From the NCBI GenBank assembly GCA_964558645.1, contig CAZLEV010000013.1, forward strand, positions 1 through 64,000: 64,000 nt of DNA. Direction: 5' to 3'. The notes below the pieces were generated by a model. That model did not search any database. It saw only the letters and a program-made list of their open reading frames with translations, and was not told the DNA's origin. This DNA is from an uncultured archaeon. GTDB taxonomy: Archaea; Asgardarchaeota; Thorarchaeia; Thorarchaeales; Thorarchaeaceae. The translations under genes and the position numbers were made by a program. Positions 56,761-64,000 of the stretch are shown here, one piece after another; position 1 is the first letter of the stretch, and every line of letters begins with the position of its first letter.

Positions 56761-57599
56761 CAACCACTCAGAAAACACTAAGCCATCCAATGGCCAAGTA
56801 TATCCGAGAAGACCGACTTCCTTGGATATACTGCCCCGGATGTTCCGTAGGTATTGTGACCAACATGGTCGCACGTGCAATCGACAAGTTGGAGATAGAT
56901 TTCAGCAAAGTTGTCATAGTATCAGGTATTGGTTGCACTGGGCGAACCTCTGGCTATTTCAAGACTGGAACCTTCCATACCACTCATGGTAGAGCCATTG
57001 CATTTGCTGAAGGTGTGAAGATTGCAAATCCAGACCTTGAAGTGATAGTCATAAGCGGTGACGGAGACATTGCTGCAATCGGCGGAAACCATCTAATCCA
57101 CGCATGTAGACGGAATATCGATATGACAGTGGTATGTGTCAACAACTTCAATTATGGCATGACCGGAGGGCAGTTCGGCCCAACCACTGAGCACGAGAGG
57201 TACTCACAGACAAGTCCACCCCCGATTGGAAACTACGAACACCCATTCAATCTCGTAAAACTTGCAGCGAGTTCTGGAGCATCTTTTGTTGCTCGTTGGA
57301 CAGCCGTTCAGGCAAGAAGAGCCGCACGTTCCATCCAGAGAGGGATCGAGAAGGAAGGTTTCTCCTTCATCGAGATCATCGGAGCTTGCCCAACGGCCTT
57401 TGGCAGGAGCAATCGCCTCGGCGATGGCGTTACCATGCACAAACACTTGCTCGAAGTCGCAGAGATACAGAATGGCTTGCCAGCCCACGAGGCAGAACTC
57501 GACTATGACACCAGAATCGTCTGTGGTGAGTTCGTGGATATTGATAAGCCAGAATACACAGACGTGATTAGTCGGATGCGGGGCAAGATTGAGGGGTGA
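56757..57599 (+). CDS. korB: 2-oxoacid:ferredoxin oxidoreductase beta (TPP-binding)
   Basis: CPGC, GIGC, HGRA, GDGD, NN..YGMTGGQ. Confidence 0.88.
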   Translation: MTTTQKTLSHPMAKYIREDRLPWIYCPGCSVGIVTNMVARAIDKLEIDFSKVVIVSGIGCTGRTSGYFKTGTFHTTHGRAIAFAEGVKIANPDLEVIVISGDGDIAAIGGNHLIHACRRNIDMTVVCVNNFNYGMTGGQFGPTTEHERYSQTSPPPIGNYEHPFNLVKLAASSGASFVARWTAVQARRAARSIQRGIEKEGFSFIEIIGACPTAFGRSNRLGDGVTMHKHLLEVAEIQNGLPAHEAELDYDTRIVCGEFVDIDKPEYTDVISRMRGKIEG

Positions 57600-57603
57600 T
57601 CTG

Positions 57604-58164
57604 ATGGATAGATACGAAATCCGAATTGGAGGGTTTGGAGGCCAAGGAATTGTGACCATGGCGGTCGTCATGGGAGAAACCGCATCGCTACACGATGACA
57701 AATATGTAGTACAAACTCAGTCTTATGGCCCAGAGGCACGAGGCGGTGCATCAAAGAGTGAGGTTGTCATGGGCGATGAGGAGATTGACTATCCCAAGGT
57801 ACAGAATCCCGATGTCTTTATTGCCATGAGTCGAGCTGCATTTCTTTCTTATATCGGCGGTCTCAAGGAGAATGGAATTCTCATTATAGACCAAGACCTT
57901 GTCGATATCGAGGGCGACATACCTAAGGGGGTTCAGATCTACAAGATTCCCGCCACGAGAATTGCAGACGAGAAAGTCGGCAACAAACTCGCAACGAACG
58001 TCGTGATGCTGGGTGCATTTACGGCTATCACGGGTGCTCTCTCGGTTGAGGGTCTCAAGCGCCAGATCGAGGATCGCTGGCCACGCTTTGTGAAGACCAA
58101 CTTACAGGCCCTAGAATACGGATTCGAAGCTGGAGAAGAAGCTGAACCCGAGATTATCGAGTGA
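57604..58164 (+). CDS. korC: 2-oxoacid:ferredoxin oxidoreductase gamma
   Basis: GFGGQG, QSYGPEARGG, NVVMLGA. Confidence 0.88.
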   Translation: MDRYEIRIGGFGGQGIVTMAVVMGETASLHDDKYVVQTQSYGPEARGGASKSEVVMGDEEIDYPKVQNPDVFIAMSRAAFLSYIGGLKENGILIIDQDLVDIEGDIPKGVQIYKIPATRIADEKVGNKLATNVVMLGAFTAITGALSVEGLKRQIEDRWPRFVKTNLQALEYGFEAGEEAEPEIIE

Positions 58165-58210
58165 GAATCTCCTACCAGACGACCCAAATCCTGAAATCAT
58201 ACTATCATTG

Positions 58211-60193
58211 TCATATGGATTCTGCTTCTCGGTCCAGAGAGAGTAGTCGAGCATTGATTGCGACAATCACTGTACTCAGGGACATCAGTATTGCCCCTGC
58301 AGCAGGGCTCAGCAGGATGTTGGCCCAATAGAGAACCCCCGCGGCCAAGGGTATTGCAAAGGTATTGTATCCTGTTGCCCAGACCAGATTCTGGAGCATC
58401 TTGTTATAGGTGGTCTGAGACAGAGTGAGTATGACTGATACGTCTAGCGGATTGTTCCTTACAAGTACGATGTCTGCGGTTTCAATTGCAACATCTGTAC
58501 CTGCTCCAATAGCGATTCCAAGGTCAGCCGTTGCAAGAGCGGGAGCATCATTCACACCGTCTCCGACCATTGCAGTCAGATTCCCCCTATTTTGAACCTC
58601 CTCGACCTTTGCGGCCTTCTCATCAGGTAGTACTTCGGCGAAATAATCATCAAGTTCGAGCTCCTCGGCCACCCATTCTGCAACACCTTGGTTATCGCCT
58701 GTTAGCATCATGCACTGGATTCCCATGCTTTTCAGCTTAGCAATCGCATCTCGTGACTCATCGCGGATCACATCGGCAAGGGCCAGGACACCCTTGGGTT
58801 CTCCATCAATCAAAACATGGACTACCGTCTTGCCGCGTACATCGAATTCTTCGGTCGGAACAAAGTCGGTCTCTATTCCCTCTTCGCGCAGGTACCCGGG
58901 ACTGACCACCTTGACCTCCAAGTCACCCACGTAGCCCACTGCCCCCTTGCCGGGGATTGCAGTGAAATCATGTGCCTCTTCTAGGTCAATGGCGCGTTCA
59001 CGAGCCCCTCTAACAACTCCCTGAGCAATGGGGTGTTCGGACAGATTCTCGATGGAAGCCGCGAGCCGGAGAAGTTCCTCAGACTTGGTGCCTGACGTGG
59101 TAAGGACATCTGTGACAGAGAATTTCCCTTCTGTTAGAGTTCCTGTCTTGTCGAAGATAACAGCATCAAGGTCTCGTGCGCGCTCAAATGCCGCCCGGTT
59201 GCGAACGAGCAACCCATTCTTTGCTGATATGGAGGTAGACATGGCCACAACTAGGGGGATTGCAAGCCCCAGAGCATGAGGACACGTAATCACCATGACC
59301 GTCACCGCCCGCTCAATACCGAACTGAAGACCGAAACCCAGGCCGTACCAAGTCGAGAGAGTTATGCTTCCAGAAACCAGGGCTATGATCGTTAGAATGA
59401 AGGCTGCCCGATTTGCGAGATCCTGTGTCTTTGATTTGCTCTCCTGTGCCTCGCTGACAATCTTGACCACCTGGGACAGGTACGTATCCTCTCCCACCTT
59501 CTGTATCTCAACTCGAATGGTGCTCTCTCCGTTTATAGACCCACCAATCACCTCATCCCCAACGACTTTCTCAACCGGTTTAGACTCGCCAGTAATCATT
59601 GCCTCATTGATGGAGGTCGCCCCGTCTGTTATCTCACCATCAGAGGGAATCTTCTCACCCGGTTTCACCACGACCTCCTGTCCGGTCTCCAGTTCATCAA
59701 CAGGTATTTCCTCAATCGAACCATCAGATTGGACCACATGGGCGGTTGCTGGAAGAAGTTTCACAAGTTCCTCAAGTGCCTTGGAGGCCCCCATGACCGA
59801 CCTCATCTCAATCCAGTGGCCTGCCAACATGATATCAACAAGCGTAACCAACTCCCAGAAGAAGACACTTCCTTCGAATCCAAGAACAACAGCACCACTG
59901 TAGACATAAGCTACGGTGATCGCCACGGCAATCAGCGTCATCATCCCAGGCTTTCTGGACTCGAGTTCGTCCTTCATCCCTGAGAGAAACGGATATCCAC
60001 CGTAGAAGTACACAACCGTAGATAGCAAGAGTACAACGTACAGCGAACCGGTGAAGGCAAGGAATTCTATCCCGAGCCACTGTTGAATCGTTGGTGATAG
60101 AACGAGGATGGGTATCGTCAATATCGACGATATGACGAATCTTCTTTGGAAGTCTGCGACCATCTTCTTGTGGTGTTCGTGCTGTTTGCTCAT
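58211..60193 (-). CDS. copB: P1B-3 copper-translocating ATPase (CopB-like)
   Basis: TGES, CPHALG, DKTGT, SEHP, GDGVND, GYN, MSLST. Confidence 0.9.
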   Translation of the reverse strand: MSKQHEHHKKMVADFQRRFVISSILTIPILVLSPTIQQWLGIEFLAFTGSLYVVLLLSTVVYFYGGYPFLSGMKDELESRKPGMMTLIAVAITVAYVYSGAVVLGFEGSVFFWELVTLVDIMLAGHWIEMRSVMGASKALEELVKLLPATAHVVQSDGSIEEIPVDELETGQEVVVKPGEKIPSDGEITDGATSINEAMITGESKPVEKVVGDEVIGGSINGESTIRVEIQKVGEDTYLSQVVKIVSEAQESKSKTQDLANRAAFILTIIALVSGSITLSTWYGLGFGLQFGIERAVTVMVITCPHALGLAIPLVVAMSTSISAKNGLLVRNRAAFERARDLDAVIFDKTGTLTEGKFSVTDVLTTSGTKSEELLRLAASIENLSEHPIAQGVVRGARERAIDLEEAHDFTAIPGKGAVGYVGDLEVKVVSPGYLREEGIETDFVPTEEFDVRGKTVVHVLIDGEPKGVLALADVIRDESRDAIAKLKSMGIQCMMLTGDNQGVAEWVAEELELDDYFAEVLPDEKAAKVEEVQNRGNLTAMVGDGVNDAPALATADLGIAIGAGTDVAIETADIVLVRNNPLDVSVILTLSQTTYNKMLQNLVWATGYNTFAIPLAAGVLYWANILLSPAAGAILMSLSTVIVAINARLLSLDREAESI

Positions 60194-60211
60194 GGCCAAT
60201 CCAGACTTAAC

Positions 60212-60225
60212 TATGATTTATCATA
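60212..60225. promoter_or_regulatory. Inverted repeat TATGAT-TT-ATCATA upstream of copB
   Basis: Perfect 6-2-6 palindrome ~20 bp upstream of the start, next to an AT-rich TATA-like box. Confidence 0.4.
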
Positions 60226-60274
60226 TTAAAGGGTTGACAAGTATTCATTTTCTGGGATTGGAAGAATCTCAGCC

Positions 60275-61162
60275 TTAGACCTTGGACTTGAGAAGACTCC
60301 TCAACCGATCAAAGTCAACATCACGTTGGAAGAGCGGACGTTTGTCATCTTGATACACCGTCGAATGCTGCTCGAAAGTCGGTTGTCCCGATTCCGAATA
60401 GAACACACCGAGAGGGAGCTTATCAGTCTCAAGTGCCTTCTCGAAAGCAGCAGCCCTATCACCTGGGTTGTGGTTCTCGTCTAAGTAATAGGTGTTCTTC
60501 CTGAACCAACCAAAGGTGTTGAGCTTGTTGTAGGTAACACAGGGTTGGAAGATGTCTAGAAAAGCAAGGCCCTTGTGACGGATTGCCTTCTTCATGAGTT
60601 CCTTGGACTCGTCTTCATCACCGATGAAGGCACGTGCAACAAAGGTTGCTCCCATGGAGATAGCGAGAGCGATTGGGTTGAATGGCGTGTTAGTCACCCC
60701 GCCGCGGTCAGCAGTCTGTACTGGGGTTTCGAAGTCCTCTCTGCTGGTGGGAGAAGCTTGGCCTTTCGTGAGGCCATAGACCATGTTGTTGTGCACAAGA
60801 ACCGTTATGTCAGGATTGCGGAGCATGGTATGAAGGAAGTGGTTGCCTCCCTCCCCATACATACATCCATCACCACTCTCCGCGATGACCGTCAGCTCTG
60901 GATTTGCCGCCTTGATGGCCAGAGCAGGAGGCAATGATCGACCATGAAGGCCGTTGAACAAATTCACACGGATATAATGGGGTATCTTTGCTGCCTGCCC
61001 TATTCCTGATGTCATGACTATTTCTTGAGATGTTAATTCCAGTTCGGCAAGGGCTTGCATTAGGACCTTTCGTATCCTGAAGTTCCCGCAACCCGGACAC
61101 CAAGCAATGTCGTAGTCCACGTCATCCATCATCTCGAAGTCTTCTGGTTTCAAATCTGACAC
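60275..61162 (-). CDS. 2-oxoacid:ferredoxin oxidoreductase beta (heterodimeric type)
   Basis: [34 protein letters not shown]. Confidence 0.9.
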   Translation of the reverse strand: MSDLKPEDFEMMDDVDYDIAWCPGCGNFRIRKVLMQALAELELTSQEIVMTSGIGQAAKIPHYIRVNLFNGLHGRSLPPALAIKAANPELTVIAESGDGCMYGEGGNHFLHTMLRNPDITVLVHNNMVYGLTKGQASPTSREDFETPVQTADRGGVTNTPFNPIALAISMGATFVARAFIGDEDESKELMKKAIRHKGLAFLDIFQPCVTYNKLNTFGWFRKNTYYLDENHNPGDRAAAFEKALETDKLPLGVFYSESGQPTFEQHSTVYQDDKRPLFQRDVDFDRLRSLLKSKV

Positions 61163-62908
61163 CTACCTTCCATAATTGCTCAGGAACTCCTCTATCTCTT
61201 CCGCGGCGAAGGGTAATCCATTGTACTTCAACAACTTATCATCAGACGAGATGGTGAATCCCAGCTCGTCCTGCAGGACCTTAGTGAACTGCCCTGTGGC
61301 ATTGTTTTCGATAGCCACAACACGATCAGCCTGTTCAAGATGCTCTAGAACGTCCTCTGAAAGCGGGTATGTCTGTTTGAAATGAAGCATGGAAAGCCCG
61401 CTATCATCCATCTTCTCAATGACTTCTCGTACCACATGGTAGTTCGAACCCCACGTGATAACCAGTGTCGAGTAGTCCTCTGGCCCAACCAGCTCGGGCA
61501 TGATGAAATCCTCACGGATTGCACGCATCTTCTTCATGACTCTTCTTTGAACCATTTCCACCCGGACATGCAGATCCTCTGTTATATGACCATCTTCATC
61601 ATGTTCGTCACTGTCCACACAGACAAGACCTTCGCCATGCCCCGGTATTCCCCGAGGTGAGATTCCATTCTCAGTGAGCCTGTACCGTTGGTATCCGGTC
61701 TTGGTCTTCACAATATGCTTCTCCACTTTGACGCCACTCAGATCGAAGACGGGGGTATTCGATGACGAATCCACAAAATACTGATCTGTCAATACAAATA
61801 CCGGTACTTGGTACTTGTCAGCCAGATTGAAGGCCTTCTGGGTCAGATAGAAACCATCTCTGAGCGTGCCGGGGGTGAGAACAATCCGCGGGAAGTCCCC
61901 GTGTGCAGTCCGAATCACATGCAGCAAGTCACCCTGCTCGGTTCTGGTGGGCAGGCCTGTTGCAGGCCCGGGCCTCTGCGAAAGATGTATCACCATTGGA
62001 GTTTCTGTTATACCCGCCAGGCTGAGGCCCTCAGACATGAGTGCGAATCCACCACCAGAGGTGGTAACCATCGCTCTTGCTCCAGCATACCAAGCACCAA
62101 GACCTTTGTTCATTGCAGAAATCTCGTCCTCTGCTTGATCCACTATGATGCCAAACTCCTTCGCCTGTTGTGAGAGAAATACCAGCACCCCAGTCGAGGG
62201 GGACATTGGATATGAGGAAATAAAGTGACAACCCCCGGCAATCGCACCCATCGCGACAGCGTCTGTACCGCTAATGAGCATCTCATTGGCAATATCGGCT
62301 TGGGGCTCTATGTCGATGTCAAGTGAGTCTGATGGAATCTTTTTCCCTTCTTCCACACCTCGGGCATATGCCTCTTGGTTCTGATCTACGACATTCTCAC
62401 CTTTGGAGCCGAAACGTTGGGTTAGATACTCATTCACTACTCTATCTTGAACGTCGAAGAGGGCCAAGATTGCGCCAGCTGCAACAGTATTCGAGTAAAT
62501 TTTGCTTCCCACATCCTTCGCAATCTCTGTGAAAGGGATTTTGACAGTCTTTTCCGGATGTGTTTCGGCACGGGTACTTACAATCTCATCTTCGCCGATT
62601 ACAAGTGTGCTATCGTCCAAGCGGGAGTATTTCGCAAGGTGGTCTATCGCAGTATCATTGAGCGGGACCATAATGTCAGTTCGTCTGCAATAGGCCGTCC
62701 GTCTCTGGTCAGAAACACGGATTTGCAGTGAGTTCGTTCCGCCACGGATGCGGGACATGAACTCACGTGTTGCGAATACATGGTAGCCAGTATTCTTCAG
62801 GACCGTGGCCATAAAATCCGCAACAGTTTCTATCCCCTGTCCGGCAGCACCGGCAAGAACAATCGAGACTTCATCCAACGCTCTGACCTCCTGATGACAA
62901 CCGTTCAC
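61163..62908 (-). CDS. 2-oxoacid:ferredoxin oxidoreductase alpha (gamma-alpha fusion)
   Basis: GAAGQG, SRIRGG, YPMSPST, AEDEI, TSGGG, RPGPATGLPT; start probably ~62878. Confidence 0.9.
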   Translation of the reverse strand: MNGCHQEVRALDEVSIVLAGAAGQGIETVADFMATVLKNTGYHVFATREFMSRIRGGTNSLQIRVSDQRRTAYCRRTDIMVPLNDTAIDHLAKYSRLDDSTLVIGEDEIVSTRAETHPEKTVKIPFTEIAKDVGSKIYSNTVAAGAILALFDVQDRVVNEYLTQRFGSKGENVVDQNQEAYARGVEEGKKIPSDSLDIDIEPQADIANEMLISGTDAVAMGAIAGGCHFISSYPMSPSTGVLVFLSQQAKEFGIIVDQAEDEISAMNKGLGAWYAGARAMVTTSGGGFALMSEGLSLAGITETPMVIHLSQRPGPATGLPTRTEQGDLLHVIRTAHGDFPRIVLTPGTLRDGFYLTQKAFNLADKYQVPVFVLTDQYFVDSSSNTPVFDLSGVKVEKHIVKTKTGYQRYRLTENGISPRGIPGHGEGLVCVDSDEHDEDGHITEDLHVRVEMVQRRVMKKMRAIREDFIMPELVGPEDYSTLVITWGSNYHVVREVIEKMDDSGLSMLHFKQTYPLSEDVLEHLEQADRVVAIENNATGQFTKVLQDELGFTISSDDKLLKYNGLPFAAEEIEEFLSNYGR

Positions 62909-62949
62909 CTGTGTATTAAGGCTTCACTTGTACCAGACCACAGTCCTTC

Positions 62950-63474
62950 TCAGTCGGACTGCTCACGATAGACCCGAGCCAGCTCGATGTACGATTTGGC
63001 ACCCATCATGAAGGCATCCTTGAGATCCTTTGGAACTTCTCGAATCACCTTTCCGGGGATACCGAGAACAAGGGAGTTGGGCGGTATCTCGGAATTCTCT
63101 GTGACCACGGCGCCCGCTCCGATCACGGAATCATCACCTATCTTCGCGCCTGTAAGAACAACAGAGCTTATGCCAATGACACAGCGGTCGCCTATATCAC
63201 AGCCGTGGATGACGCAGTTGTGACCAGCAGTGACATAGTCACCAATATGAGTGGGGTGGGTGAACTCGGTGTGAACCGTGGCATTGTCTTGAATTGATGT
63301 GCCCTTCCCTATACAGATCTTGTTCATATCGGCCCTCAAGACAGCAAACTCCCATATGCTGCTCTCAGGACCAATCTCTACATCGCCTATAATTGAGGCA
63401 CGTTCTGATACGTACGCCTCTGAATCGATTTTCGGAAACTTGGTTTCGAATCTGTGAAGTGTCATTGAATGCAC
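62950..63474 (-). CDS. Gamma carbonic anhydrase family protein
   Basis: LRAD, IQDNATVH, GHNCVIHGC, hexapeptide repeats. Confidence 0.9.
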   Translation of the reverse strand: MHSMTLHRFETKFPKIDSEAYVSERASIIGDVEIGPESSIWEFAVLRADMNKICIGKGTSIQDNATVHTEFTHPTHIGDYVTAGHNCVIHGCDIGDRCVIGISSVVLTGAKIGDDSVIGAGAVVTENSEIPPNSLVLGIPGKVIREVPKDLKDAFMMGAKSYIELARVYREQSD

Positions 63475-63606
63475 CTCCGCGCGAATCGTCCTTCTTGCTT
63501 AATAGTTTTGAGAAGGAATGTGTAGTCACTACAAAGAAATCCTCAAGATATATCACGAACATGGTTGATTGACTGATTATCTCACTGGTTTGTAGGTAGA
63601 TGGTCT

Positions 63607-64000
63607 ATGTCCGAGTCGAAAGCCAAACTTATGCTTTTCATCTTAGTAGTAGTTATGCTCTCATCACTTTACTTGAGTTGGTCAACAGAGCGAGGAATTG
63701 GTGAGCTGACTGTTGAGGACTATGCCATTGAGAGGGGCAATGGAAGAGCGGTATATTTCTCGGTCTACCAGCCACGTCAGTCACAATATGGCAGTGCCTA
63801 TCCCTGCGTGGTCACCATTCACGGGATATCTGGGTCGAGAGACGTGATGTCACCATATAACATCGAGCTGGCAAGGCGTAACTTCACTGTGGTATCGGTA
63901 GACTTGGCTGGTCACGGCGTTTCTAGCGAGAGGTTTGGATTTGATACGTTTGACGAAGTCATTGATGATGTCTATGCTGCAGTTGAATATGTACAGACAA
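63607..64000 (+). CDS. Membrane-anchored alpha/beta hydrolase (5' part; runs off the window)
   Basis: N-terminal TM, VVTIHGISGS, ELARR.FTVVSVDLAGHG. Confidence 0.8.
   Translation, partial: MSESKAKLMLFILVVVMLSSLYLSWSTERGIGELTVEDYAIERGNGRAVYFSVYQPRQSQYGSAYPCVVTIHGISGSRDVMSPYNIELARRNFTVVSVDLAGHGVSSERFGFDTFDEVIDDVYAAVEYVQT

Noticed and set aside
1-64000. tRNA-Sec, other tRNAs, rRNA, or TGA-readthrough selenoprotein genes
   Set aside because: No cloverleaf/T-loop signature found by eye in intergenic gaps; TGA-terminated genes examined look complete. A tRNAscan/Secmarker run would be decisive

Overview
Gene-dense archaeal chromosomal window with no rRNA, tRNA, CRISPR or transposase recognised. 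The gene content points to an Asgard archaeon, probably Thorarchaeia; this is an inference from the archaeal SelB-SepSecS pair, the exosome superoperon and many Hdr genes with no mcr in the window. Main blocks: (1) 3.5-7.7 kb, selenocysteine machinery (selB-spcS), a hypothetical gene and endonuclease V; (2) 7.6-14.2 kb, urocanase, a YhhN protein, small Zn-finger/DinB/VOC genes and a class II photolyase; (3) 14.3-23.9 kb, the proteasome-exosome superoperon (psmA, SBDS, rrp4, rrp41, rrp42, eL43, Brix, pcc1, pfdB, DUF3194, DHH) running into an ECF AA'T module; (4) 24.5-31.7 kb, transporters, including a NikR-type regulator with a Znu-like ABC system and two perfect TTATTAA-N14-TTAATAA operators; (5) 31.7-63 kb, a large anaerobic redox island: AOR, group 3b [NiFe] hydrogenase, two double-FAD HdrA-like proteins (one fused to MvhD), three HdrCB pairs, a radical SAM enzyme, two 2-oxoacid:ferredoxin oxidoreductases, CopB and a gamma-carbonic anhydrase. 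The most striking unannotated element is a duplicated cassette inside the Hdr cluster (44.0-44.7 kb): strong RBS, a 20-aa Lys-rich micro-ORF, then a GGCCAG-N6-CTGGCC hairpin. All family assignments are from motif recognition, not database searches.
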